A stretch of 64,000 nucleotides of DNA from Eledone cirrhosa. Its lineage: Eukaryota. Numbering within the stretch: position 1 is the first letter of the stretch; each line of letters starts with the position of its first letter. The stretch spans positions 302,374,001 to 302,438,000 of the forward strand of contig OZ024741.1 of assembly GCA_964016885.1 (NCBI GenBank), given 5' to 3'. Made by a program: the position numbers and the translations under genes. This document shows, in pieces, positions 13,701 through 25,328 of this stretch. The notes beneath the pieces are model-generated. The model saw nothing but the letters and a program-made list of their open reading frames with translations. It had not been told where the DNA came from and did not search any database.

Positions 13701-15270
13701 ATCTTATCTGCAAGCATCATATTCCCTTTGCTGTTGTTTCACTCCATTTATAGTTTCAGTAATAAACTCAGTGTAAAGAGCAGAAAAAATTAGGCATCTA
13801 TCAATAAGTACCAAATATATATATTAGGCTCAGCTTAACTCTTTAGCATTTACATTACTCTATAAATACTATTGTATTTTTGTGGTAAAGGCTTTATCTT
13901 ACATAATTATCTCATAATTTCGAATCTATGAGATTTTGATATTATTTATTTTGAGAACATCAATATGAGTAACAAGTTATGTTTGAACAGAAAGAGGTGA
14001 GAGAATTGTGGCCAGATACAGCCAGTTTAAATGTTAAAGGGTTAATTAACTGCACTAATCAATAACAAAAACAAGCCCAACAAAGAAATTCTTATTATAT
14101 TTTTTTATACTGTATCAAATTAGCTTCAGTATATTATTTTTGAATAATCTAATTTTTATATAATATGATCTGGGTCATTTTTCAGGTGGAATTTGAAGAT
14201 GGATCTGAATTAACATTCAAACGGGAAGAATTATGGAAAGAAAATGAAGAGTTGCCTCAGTCTGTTAAGTCTCGATTGGTAAGATTATTTCTTTTTAACA
14301 TGGTTTCTAAGTCTCCTGTTGTTCGCTTCATATGTTTAATAATTCTCATTTGCTACATCTTCCTTTTTTAGAATATAAGAAACTGGATTTACTACTTGCA
14401 TGAGGGGTGGGGGATTAAAGGGAGTGACCTGAGCATATATTTGCCAGGAGTCTAGCAGAAAAGATCATGTTTTCAGTGATGTTAAGCCCTTTGTGTGTGG
14501 CTTTACTACAATTTAGGGTCGTTGTCATCATCATCATCATCATTTAACATTTGCTTTTCTTGTTAGCAAGGAAAAAGTTGTTAAAGTTATATTCCAAATA
14601 CCATGTAAATGAAAGAATTAATACTTGTAGTAAATCCCTTCATATTTTTGAATAATTTAATGAAAAACTCTGTATTTCATTAAAAATATGATTATGAAAG
14701 AGTTAAAGTATAATTTCAGTGCTGCAGTAAGATAGAAAAGTACATCTAGTATACTGACCAGAAAATATCAACTTTTTAAACTTCGAATTGCTTTTTAACC
14801 ATTTTGATACCAATACTTATTGAAGTTGCTTATTTTAAAGACTTAATATTTATTTCAACACCTTCCATGATAATTTTATTTTAAAATCTTTGTTAAATTA
14901 TGTGCCAAACACCAGCTTAATACTTAATATTAGATATATCACTAAATTCTTGGTTATTTGAAAATATTAAGCAATGTCCTTCATTAGAAATATGGTAACA
15001 AAAGGGTTTATACATTACATTTTTATGAATTTGTGTTAAATTATTCTGTCAATATTCGTGAGAAATCATGTGTGTCTGTGTTAAGAGTATGATTTTAAAA
15101 ATGTATACATGTTATACATTATTTTATCCCTGACAAAATTGTTTTCTCTCTTTCTATTTCAGTCTGTTGCAACAGAACGAAAATATGATATCTTCTATGT
15201 TGAAGGGGTTATTTCAAAGAACAGACGTCCGAAACCAAAGAATCGTTCCTATTCCATATATTCTTCATAA
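1140..15270 (+). CDS. KDM4: Lysine-specific demethylase 4 (KDM4/JMJD2), 3' portion; 9 coding exons (PHD-Zn knuckle-PHD and double Tudor). The JmjN/JmjC exons are presumably upstream of the window
   Basis: Exons 1140-1309, 2269-2488, 4733-4800, 6984-7148, 7834-8025, 9858-10028, 10717-10836, 14186-14278, 15163-15270 all have AG/GT boundaries and consistent phase. Peptides [71 protein letters not shown] and [22 protein letters not shown] match the recalled KDM4A/B/C C-terminus. Confidence 0.95.
2269..2488 (+). CDS. KDM4: KDM4 exon (start of PHD1)
   Basis: tttag|TTT..GCAA|gtgagt; [21 protein letters not shown]. Confidence 0.92.
2707..2990 (+). mobile_element. tRNA-derived SINE, second family (family B)
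   Basis: GGCGCATG..TAGTGGTTAGGGTGTTGGACTTGCAATC..GGTTCAATTC head, then TTGAGTAAAACATTTCATTTCACATTGCTCCAG core. Related copies at about 3835-3930, 37646-37960, 42490-42630(-), 55950-56150. Confidence 0.75.
3296..3518. mobile_element. piggyBac-type MITE (TTAA target duplication, CCCTTTAGCATTTA terminal inverted repeats)
   Basis: TTAA-CCCTTTAGCATTTA...TAAATGCTAAAGGG-TTAA. Further copies at 13835-14045, about 21110-21305, 41240-41402, 46048-46259, about 53328-53539, 56298-56510. Confidence 0.85.
4733..4800 (+). CDS. KDM4: KDM4 exon (end of PHD1)
   Basis: ttcag|GT..GCT|gtaagt; [23 protein letters not shown]. Confidence 0.92.
6984..7148 (+). CDS. KDM4: KDM4 exon (Zn knuckle)
   Basis: ttcag|GAA..CTG|gtaagt; [26 protein letters not shown]. 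Confidence 0.93.
7660..7747. repeat. (CA)n microsatellite
   Basis: Direct reading. Confidence 0.98.
7834..8025 (+). CDS. KDM4: KDM4 exon (PHD2)
   Basis: ctcag|AAA..AAG|gtcagt; [35 protein letters not shown]. Confidence 0.93.
9858..10028 (+). CDS. KDM4: KDM4 exon (Tudor 1)
   Basis: ttcag|TCA..CAA|gtgagt; [31 protein letters not shown]. Confidence 0.94.
10717..10836 (+). CDS. KDM4: KDM4 exon (Tudor 2)
   Basis: cttag|GGG..ACA|gtgagt; [40 protein letters not shown]. Confidence 0.93.
11161..12822 (-). mobile_element. 5'-truncated RTE-clade LINE with an open RT C-terminal ORF and (GAT)n tail, in a KDM4 intron
   Basis: ORF 12774-11554: [57 protein letters not shown]. The 3'UTR ends GGACGTTAAACG(TTG)(ATG)n. 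Confidence 0.95.
12859..13352 (+). mobile_element. Putative non-autonomous Helitron
   Basis: Starts A|TCTTAACTATAATAAAG and ends in a hairpin (CTAGCAGAAAACCACC-CGTA-GGTTGGTTTTTCTGCTAG) with CTAG|T; no target duplication seen. Confidence 0.5.
14186..14278 (+). CDS. KDM4: KDM4 exon (end of Tudor)
   Basis: ttcag|GTG..TTG|gtaaga; [31 protein letters not shown]. Confidence 0.93.
15163..15270 (+). CDS. KDM4: KDM4 terminal coding exon
   Basis: ttcag|TCT..TAA; [35 protein letters not shown]; followed by an AT-rich putative 3'UTR with AATAAA motifs near 16007, 16630 and 16950. Confidence 0.88.
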   Translation, partial: SVATERKYDIFYVEGVISKNRRPKPKNRSYSIYSS

Positions 15271-18114
15271 ATTTTAACATCATACCCATGTTCACTAATT
15301 ACTTTGTAACATTTCTCATCAGTTTAATATTTAAATTTGACTATTTTTGCTCTAACTTTAGTTATTTTGCACCCCTGTTCAAACTTTTTATTTGTTTTTG
15401 TGTATATTTTGGTATCAACAGGAAGGGAAAAAAATATAATATAGAGACTCCACCTTATTTCCAAGACCTAGTTTTGTATCTTCTCTTTTTTCACCTGTAG
15501 AGAGGACAATTTTTTTTTCTTCTCAGTTGGCTCTGTAATATTTATGTTGTACATCATAGCAGTGTGGCCACTCTTGTTTAACTAGCAATACAATTATACA
15601 GAAATGAAGTAAAATGATCACTGATTTATTGCTCAACCACAGGTCAATCATTTCTTTGGATCAGAACTCTTAAAAGACCTTTTGTAAATTTGTAGAAGAA
15701 ATATCTTGAGTGAAGAGAAGAAAAAAAAAAAACAGAAGCCCTCTATAAAAACCAGACTCCCTCCCTCTTCATTATATGAAAGGCAGCAACATCATTACCA
15801 GTTCATTCCACGCACATTTCACCACTTCCCATATCCTCACATTTGATGCTGCTTCTAACATTTGATGTGCATGTGTAAATATAATTGTACTATTTCTTTC
15901 TCAAGAAATGAAGCATTGTTAATAATTTTGAGAAGACTGTCTCAGTTTTTATTATAAATTATGGTATATGTGACATTGTCTTCGATTAGTGTAGCTAACC
16001 CAGGTTAATAAAATTTGAACAAAAAAAAAAGAAGCAAATATTTAGGTATGTTAATGTGAAATATAAGCAGTCCTTTATCATAAGTGAAGAAGACCCTGCC
16101 GAGAAGAAAACATTGCTGTTCTCCACAGCACACTAATATACCCCCCCCCCCTTTTTTTTTTTGCTTTATATTTTTTCTTAATGAATTGACTCTTGCCAAC
16201 TCAGACCATTAACTAACCTCTTGGAAATCTAGTGATTATATTTAAAACTGAAATACTATTGTAACTTTTAATGGAAGAGGGATGAATTTAGAAAAATTCT
16301 ATTAACAAAATCAATTAAAAAAATCATATGAAATTTTACTTCAGATGTTTTCCTTCTATTATTATGCCTTGTATTAGGGGTGAACCTTCTGAAGAAACTG
16401 ATAGGGATCCACTATTCCTCTAGATCAATTATTATGGTAGAAGTGTATTTCTTTAGAAGATGAGCCCACTAATTCTGTAATTTCAGTGCTGATGGTTTTT
16501 ATTTAACATTTTACTACAAGAAATCAACCACTAACCATGAAGATCTTAACACAATATCTTGTTTCACATTACGAAAAAAAAAAAATATTCCACCTAATCT
16601 TGTTGGTTTTTTATTGCTTTTGTCTAAAATAATAAAAAAATGCAAAAAAAAAAAACAAAGGAAAATAAGAGGATTTCAAATAGGTGCAGATATGAGTTTA
16701 TTGTGAAGAAGTTCTTTGCAACCATATGGTTTTATGTTCAATCTCACTATGTAGCACCTTCAGGTCTATGTTTTTTTATGCTCTTAAGCTGACATTTTAA
16801 AATTAATTTGCTCAATCTTTTGCTGAAAGGATTTTATTACGAAATATAAAAACATATAAAAAACTGCAAGGTAACATCCCAACATTTTTATGATCATCAT
16901 ATTTTTAACATTAACATTTACTGTCCAATTCACTTTGTGGTTGCCTTCAAATAAAACACTATTTTCTACACTTTGCACAATACTTCAAGCAAACTACAAC
17001 ATTCTCTTATGACAATATATGTTTAGGAGTGTGTGTGTGTTGTTTAGCCACAGGTTAACTCTGGTAAAGTAAGCTTAGACTGAAAGCATATTAGCAAGAG
17101 TGTGACTATCCTGTCTTTCCAGAGGGTGTATGTAGGATTACACTATCAAATGTCTCCTTCCCTTTTTTAAGACAGTAGAGTATAGATTAGCTTATTATTT
17201 GTGGTAGGTCAAGTGACCACGTATTGGCTTGAAAGTATGTGTTGTTATAAGTGACATTGGGGAACACTATGTGTCATGTTAGCTCAAGCTATAATGGAAG
17301 GTAATGACAGAACAATTTTAATCCAACTGATGCCTTTAGACATACTACTAATTCAAGGGATTTTCCAGACACAATTCAACGCTTTGAAAAACGCTTATTT
17401 AAAAAGCGAGAGGGATTGAAATAAACACACTGTTAATTGGTTGGTAATAGGAAGAGCATCCAGCCATAGAAAACTTGCCAAAGGGTCAAGTGAACTCTTC
17501 AGCTCTGCTATAAATATAACCTCCTTAATGTTAATGATCTACATGATAAATGATCAACCAGTACACTCTCTAAAGTAATTGGTATTAGGAAGGGCATCCA
17601 GTTGTAGAAAACCTGTCAGGTGCTATAATAAAAGCACTTGGTAGAGTGCAGCATTATATGTTGAGCCACAGGTCCACGTGGAGGTCAGAGGCTCCACTTG
17701 AATACTGATCTGTCTGTAACAACATTTCCAATCCTTGCTAGTAGGGAAAATTAACGTTAAATGATGATGATGAAATAGTTGAAGTGTTAAAAGAGGTGGT
17801 TGTTACCACCACCTCAATCATCTCTGAGCTGATGCCAAATGGTGAGGTGATAGTTTTTTGGGGGCAGGGTGAAAGAGGTGAGCTCACTATTGTGTGGCAG
17901 GATTACTATAAGGAAAGATTAAAAGGTGAATTTCAGAGCGGATTGTTTTAGGGATAATGGAAGGGCCACCATTGGCCTTGACCCCTTTGTTGGACTGGAA
18001 TGATTTTGGAAGTATGGCAATGTGACATCCGAAATGGAAGAGAGTTTGATATGGCAGGAGGAAGTAAAATGTACAACAAATGGGATAGTTTTATCAAGAG
18101 GACTGCTACATGTA

Positions 18115-18684
18115 TAATACAGAACCATGTGGCAGATTACAGAACCATGTAGCAATCTTAACAGCAGGAGTGTTGCACACAGAGTACAGAACCATGTGGC
18201 AGTCTTTCCAGCAGGAGTGTTACATATGGATTACTGACCCATGTGGCAGCCTTACCAGCAGGAGTATTACAGAACCATGTGGCAATCTTACCAGCAGGAG
18301 TGTTACATACAGAGTACAGAACCATGTGGCAGCCTTACCAGCAGGAGTATTACAGAACCATGTGGCAATCTTTCCAGCAGGACTGTTACATACAGAGTAC
18401 AGAACCATGTGGCAGTCTTTCCAGCAGGACTGTTACATACAGAGTACAGAACCATGTGGCAGCCTTACCAGCAGGAGTATTACAGAACCATGTGGCAATC
18501 TTACCAGTAGGACTGTTACATACAGAGTACAGAACCATGTGGCAGTCTTTCCAGCAGGAGTGTTACATACAGAGTACAGAACCATGTGGCAGCCTTACCA
18601 GCAGGAGTATTACAGAACCATGTGGCAATCTTACCAGCAAGAGTATGACATACAGAGTACAGAACCATGTAGCAGCTTTATCAG
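18115..18684. repeat. Minisatellite of 36-nt and 47-nt monomers with a 130-nt higher-order repeat
   Basis: Monomers begin TACAGAACCATGTGGCA; the same register recurs at 18351, 18481 and 18611. Confidence 0.95.
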
Positions 18685-19170
18685 ACAGTATACTGGGCCA
18701 TCTTAGTGGTGGAGCAGCAAATAGGTGGTTACTGCATAGTTGGTAGTTTCCATCTGAAGGATGGGTTTGCTGTGATTTGGGAGTGAGAGAGAACTTGCAT
18801 GTATATATATATATATGTCTGTGTGTCTGTGTGTGTTTGTGGGAGGAAGTGTCAAAGCAAGAAATGCCATGACATTCATGTGAGAAAATATTTTTCTTGG
18901 ATGTGCAAATTACCTAATAAAACAATCAAGTGCCATTATAAACCAGGTAATGAACCAATTTCCAACATAAATTTCTCCAACTGTAAGTTTTTTAATCTCT
19001 AGACATGATAAAACACATCCAGTCTACCCTGTAAAGTGCTGGTGCCACACCAAAAATCTCCCAGTTCATGCTCTAGAAAATCAAAATTTTATTTGTCTTA
19101 CATGTTTCAACAAGAAAGAGATGATAAATGAAAATAGTGAAAATCCTGCTCAAGCTCCATTATTAATATA

Positions 19171-20917
19171 CATGGAACCTCGGTTCACAAACTTAATTCA
19201 TTCCTGAAGGGTGTTCGTCACCCAAAATGTTTGTAAACAAAAACTATTTTACCATACAAAATGTTACGTGAGAAATACAGAGAGAGAGAGAGAGAGTCTC
19301 TGTGTGAAAGACAGATATCATATTGTAACTAACTACATGGCAAGTTACACTTTCCCGCTGATACGCCAAGCTAGGTTTATTTACAATAGTTTATGACTTT
19401 TCCTATTAATCCGTATGGTGAGCAAATGGGGTCCCACGTGCTGGCCTCCCCACAGCCCCGGCGTACAGGATGGAGAAGGTGTTTCCCCGGAGGATGGTAA
19501 GGGAGATGCGTTGGAAGAGCCATTCCAACTCGCGAGGCTCACACCTGCGGCTGGCCAGCTCAGCGCCTATGGTGGTGAGTAGGGCGGTAGCTCTAGGGCC
19601 AAGGACACCAGAAGTATCCACCGTAAACCTGTCGGAGAGCGACTGGTACTTGAAGAGTTCGACCTCCTTAGCGCAACATGCAGCAGAACCTGGGTTAGTC
19701 GCAGACTGCACTAGGTTGTGGCTGAAGAAAGTGCCACGAGTGGCATCCCAGATGAGGGTTTGCCACTGCAGAACGGGAAGATGGTCATACCATCTGGCCT
19801 TTTGCTGTCCCCTCGGTTCAGCTCCACCGGCTCGAGCTGGAAAGGGAAGCCTGCAGCGTCCAAACCATGCTTAATGACCTCGGTGAGGGCAGCATGGCGT
19901 GGAAAGCGGGTGGAGGCCGAAAGAGTCCATGGTGGATCCACAGTGACATTTATGTGGCTAGCAGATCCGGAGTCCAAGCCTCAAGGAAACGCCGATGTAC
20001 AGGCTATCATTATCTAGCTGAGGGCAAGGCATGGTGCCTGTGCGAAACAGGCAAAGTGGTGCGTGAGCCTGTCTGAGGCCAGGCTGCACTGGATGGCATC
20101 CCATACGCTTTGGGGGGACTTGACGTCAGCAAGAGGAGAAGGAGGAGGGATGTCTACTGGGCTAAGTCCCATGTCTCACAGGCGACCTCACGTTCCCTGA
20201 ACACAGTGGTTTCGATTGTGTTTTGGAGGATGCGGCATGAGGTTACTGATGAAAGAAACGCTGGCAAAGCCAGCGAGATCGGGGACCGGAGGCCAAGGCC
20301 GCCATATCTGACAGGTAAAGTGGCCTGTTGCCATCCAATGTTGTCAAACCTGACATTGCATATCTTCCCAGCTGCCACTCGGATACAAGTATCAAGGTCA
20401 GTGAGGAGAGATGCGTAGGGTGTAGAGGAGCTTCGGCACGGTGAAGCAGTTCCTCAACAGGAAGAGACCTGGGTGGCCGTCGATCAAGCCCAGTCGGCTC
20501 ATGAGGGTCTGGAGTTGCTGGAGCCTAGACCTGATGGTGGGGCAGATGGCCGGCAGGTGGATCGGTAACCTGAGGATGAGAACATCTTTGGGGGTCACCT
20601 GTACCTGGTGGAGAATGGACTGCATGTCCGAGACGGAGGCTGCAAAGCTCTCAGCATCATGGCTGACATTCATCACCTCCGACTTGGACAAGTTGACCTG
20701 GAGGCCGATTCCCGCCAGGGCAGGAACCACCGATTGAAGGTCATGGCAGACAGTCTCCACGGGCCCGCCCAGCGTAGCATCATCCAACACCAAACGTTGA
20801 GAAGGGCTGTGATACTCCGGGCAATGTGGTCTATACCAAGGGCATTATTCAAGATGCCATTCATAAACCAAGACGTTTTATGTTCGGAAAAATTGTTTGT
20901 GAACCGTGGTTCCATGG
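19171..20917. mobile_element. pogo/Tigger-like MITE (TA target) split by a retrotransposon insertion
   Basis: TA|CATGGAACCTCGGTTCACAAAC at the left end and GTTTGTGAACCGTGGTTCCATGG|TA at the right end. Confidence 0.7.
19400..20830 (-). mobile_element. Degenerate 5'-truncated CRE-like non-LTR retrotransposon (RT C-terminus + restriction-like endonuclease)
   Basis: GC-rich island with frameshifted peptides LDDATLGG, GLQVNLSKSE, LFLLRNCFTVPKLLYTLR, WQQATLPVRYGGLGLRS, RHAALTEVIKHGL..LEP..KRPDGMTIFPF and WLFQRISLTILRGN. Confidence 0.85.
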
Positions 20918-23429
20918 TATAGCGAAGGATCTATATATTACAATCTAAGCAATGACTCAAAGAATCTACCAGTAACCATTAATTTCACTGAATCCCATAT
21001 CTTTAAAGACTTCAAAAAATATACAAAATCAAGCAATTTCTGGAGAAACGTCCATGTATCAGGACAGTTTTATGATAACTAGAAAATAACATATCTTAAA
21101 CAGCTGTTATAACTAGCATTTAAACCAGCTGTATCCAGCTAGAGTTCTCTCACCTCTTTTTGTTCAAAATGTCCATAACTGGCTGCTCATACTCATGTTA
21201 CAGTATTGTTCTCAAAATCTCATAGATTCAATATTATGAAAGATAAAGTGTTTACTGTGAAAATACAATAGTAAATATAGAGTAATGTAAATGCTAAAGG
21301 GTTAAACAACACCAACTAACACGTAGTACACTGTAAAGTGGTTGGCGAAAACCTGTCAAACAAAGGGTTGGGAGGACTTTTCAGCTGGGTGAAAGACAAC
21401 AGCCCCCTTAGTTTTGGTCATCTACATGATAAAGTACACTGAAAATTAGTTGATAGGGAGAGCATCCAGCAGTAGAATACCTGATAAACAAAGGATTGCG
21501 AGGACTCTTAAGCAGTATCAAATATGGCAACCTCACTTGGGTTGGTGGCATGATAAAATGCACTCAGTAGAGCACAGGAACGTACGTAAGTGAGATGTGG
21601 GCCCCCAGCCTGTCTGAGAATCGCTGGACAGATTTTACAGGCAAAACTAATTGTTAGGAGACCCAGGGGTAGGCCCCAAGCAAGATGGTTGGGTAACATC
21701 CATGAACTTGGCTGGTCTCAGGGATCAGTTGGAAACAGCTGCTTCTGACAGGACCCACTGAAAGGAGCGTTTGGGGAATAAATGGGTGGAGAAGAAGATT
21801 ACAGAAATCACCAAAGTATGGTAAACAAAAAAATGTAGAGGAATTAATATTTAACTAAAGTTATGGTTTAATTACAATCATTTTATGAAATAATTAAATA
21901 TGTTTAAGTTATTGACATTTTATAAAGATTACAATGAAATTAGATGATATTAGACATAATGTAGGAAATTATAATTTGAGTTTACAGAGAATTGAATGTT
22001 GAAAAGGTTGGAAAATAAAGAAGAAAACTAATGGAATGATTATTCCAGATTCACTTAATTTCACAAAGGTATTAATTAGTTAAATGTTAATACCTATATA
22101 TGAGTGTTTAACATAGATAGTCAAATTCTATTGTTTATATAAGAGAGCTCACCTTGACAGAGTCATTAGGACATAAGATGGAATGCTTTCTGATATTTAT
22201 TTTGGCTCTCTACAATCTGAGTTACAATCTTACTGAGGTCAACTTTGCCTTTAACCTTTTCAGTGCTGTAGACAAGATAACTCATCCTAACATGTATGCA
22301 TTCCAGTGCCACGGACAAGATAACTTATCCTAACATGTTTGAACTCGTTTCCAACAGTTCATAACTTCAAAGTTAGATGGGGTTACTAGTTTATTGATGT
22401 GATGTTTGTCAATCAAAATAGGCATTTTGAAAAAAAACTTGCACAGCAACTGTAGCTGTGTAAAATATATGTGGCAGTCAACAGGTTGATATAAAAAATC
22501 TACTAGATCTGTTTCTTACCTCCTCCTTATCACTCGGCTTTGGAAGAAATTGGCAGTGTTTATACATGGAAAGGGAATGGCCTTTGTCAAGTTTAAAACG
22601 CCCAAGATAGGTGTTGTATGTCACTACGGCATCCCACAACTCCATAAGGAGTTATGGATCCATACATACATTTTATAATGATCCAATTAGTATTTATAAA
22701 AAAGATAGTAACATATCTTATAATAAATTTCATCCTAAATTTTTTAGTTATGAATTCATGTATTTGGAATCGTATCAGAATTAGGGCCTCAGTTAAGGAT
22801 AAGAACAGGATTAGTCAAAGGAGCTACAACCTCTGTTGACAACAATAGGTTTCTCTATAAATGAAAGGCAGGCTGTATGATGCCAGTGTGTGAAATTTAT
22901 TTGAATATTAAATAAACGAAACCATCTTTTTAATGCCCTTCCACATCCATTGACATACCTTATAAAGACAACCCTACTAACAGGCACAGACTTCCTTTAG
23001 CCAGGTTCAAGAGAGGACAATCATACAACCCGCCCAGGCACGAAACTGCAGAATTAGCTTTGCCTTTCATCCTAACAGATTCAATAAAATAAAGCAACAG
23101 TAATGCACTGGAGTTGATTTAATCGACTTTCCCCTCCCCCCAAATTGCTGGTCTTGTGTCTATAGTAGAAATCATTCTTCTTCTTGAAAGGGTCATGGGG
23201 GCAGAGTCCCCAAACACTCATTCTAGTGGGTCCTGTCAGGAGCAACCATCCCCAGCTGGATCCCCAAGTGAGATCAGCCAAGCTCATGGATGTTATCTGA
23301 GTCAGCGAGTCACCAAAATCTTCAGAATTGACACTATAAATGGAACAATGATAGGTGGGTGTGCTGAGATTGTGGAGATACGAGAGAGGAGACAAGAAGA
23401 TGTGTGTCAGAAGTAAAGTGGAGGCGAGC

Positions 23430-24740
23430 TTCAACTAGATTCATCACAGGCAAGGAACATAGGTACAAAATCTTCTGGGTTGGTCACAGTGGGGTAGGAA
23501 TACTCCTAGCTGAGTGATGGGTGGACTAGATAATTGGATTAATCAGAGAGTGTAATACAATAATTAAACTTGACTAACATTTGGCAATACAACAGCTTCT
23601 ATATTCTTATCATGTATCCAACAAGCTGGACTTGCAGATGAGCAAAAGGACCACTCTATGAAGTTCTCCTACAGACAACTTCAATGAAGAATGTGAGTGA
23701 CATTGTTACTGTAGCTGGCAACTTCTATGGACATATCAAGAAAAATCAGGGCAGCTTTCCTAGTATTCATTGAGTTTATGATTATGGTACAAGCAATGAG
23801 CAGGGGTCTAAGCTTCTGGAGTTGCAATGGTTGGGTCATATGCAATGCGTATGACCTAACCATGGCAGCACAAACCAGCCCACTATTTGATAACCTATCA
23901 CTTGGGGGAACATCCAAGCCAAGTAGACTTCAATCTCACCAGGAAATGGTTGTAAATGCCAAATCCTTCCCTGCGGTAGAATGTACCTCTCAACATAGAT
24001 TAGTTGTCTGTGACCTTAGAGTAAGGGCTAGCAGGCAACAAATTCAGAGAAATCTTACTTGAGTCCTCTGACGGTAAAGAAGAGGTGATGGAGACAACAT
24101 GCTGACAGCCACAGATTAGATCTGTGGTTGGAGCAAAGTCCCAGTAAGACAGGTGATGTGATGTGATTGTAGAATGATAATACAAGAAATTGTTGAACAA
24201 AGAGAATAAATGGGATAGTGAAGGCTTATCCCAGACCTAGTTCAGGGACTAGACATAAAAGTTGACAGCAGTATGATAGACAAAACGATTAAGGACATGA
24301 AGGTAGAGAGGACAGCTGGTATAGTTGCATAGTTAATCAAGTGGTATCGAATGATATACCCAATAACTGGTAACTATAGAAGCATCAAGTTGGTGGACCA
24401 GGCTGTGAAAGTTATTGAAAGGGTTATAGCACAACTAATTAGAGACAGAATTAAGTTAGATGAAATGCAGTTTGGTTTTATGACAGGTAGGGGTGCTACC
24501 GATGCCCTCTTTTTAGTGAAACAATCGAGGAAGAAATATTTAGCTAAGAGTAAGCCACTGTACCTGTCATTTATGGATCACAGGGTCCCCTGTTCTGTAA
24601 TTTGGTTGACATGAAGAAGCTAGGTGTAGATGAAAGGCTTGTGAGAGCTGTGCAAGTTATGTACGGAGGTGCAACCAGCAAGGTGAAAGTTGACCATGAG
24701 TACTGTTCTGAATTTAAAGTGCAGGTGTGTGCATGTTCAG
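23430..24740 (+). mobile_element. Highly decayed RTE LINE (endonuclease and RT remnants)
   Basis: Remnants ECTSQHRLVVCDLR and NYRSIKLVDQAVKVIERVI..DEMQFGFMTGRGATDALF..KYLAKSKPLYL, with many stops. Confidence 0.85.
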
Positions 24741-25262
24741 GCAGCATTTGGATTCTATGCCTCTTCATATCGCAGTGAGGCATTACTGCTGACGTCAGAG
24801 ATCTTTTTTTTTTTTTTTTGTTCCTTGCTTCGAATTCAGATAGAAACCTGTTATACTTGTAACAAATGTGTATTTAACCCTATGTCTGCATTGATTGAGC
24901 TGGCTTATCATAAAAGGCATTCCAGCCATGACCATTCCATGCTTTTGATCATAGATCTGCTCAATCAGGAGTGACTTGCGACTATAACAACGCTATAAAT
25001 GCAATATGTACACCTATGATAAAATGCATTCTATCAATCAACGAAGATGGCTAAAACAACAATAGTGCTTCCATAAATTAACAAGGAAAAAGAAAAAGAG
25101 GAAACGCAAAAATAACGTAAAATTTAGTCTATATTCCATAATTATGCCCCATGAGCTGGAAGATTTTACTACTGGAGAAAACGTCTACTTGACACCGGTA
25201 TATATTGCAACATGCTTGTTTATTGTATATAGTTCTATTAAACACGGAGTTATATTTCTAAA

Positions 25263-25328
25263 ATGCAGTTTTCTTACGCCAATGAAGTGAAAATATACAA
25301 CTTGAGTGCAGGGAAATCCCTTCCTGAG
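25263..25328 (+). CDS. NOL10: NOL10 exon 1
   Basis: ATG..GAG|gtaagt; MQFSYANEVKIYNLSAGKSLPE. Confidence 0.93.

Noticed and set aside
18115-18684. CRISPR-like array or repetitive protein gene
   Set aside because: No unique spacers, no cas genes and a eukaryotic context; the ORFs result from a stop-poor repeat unit
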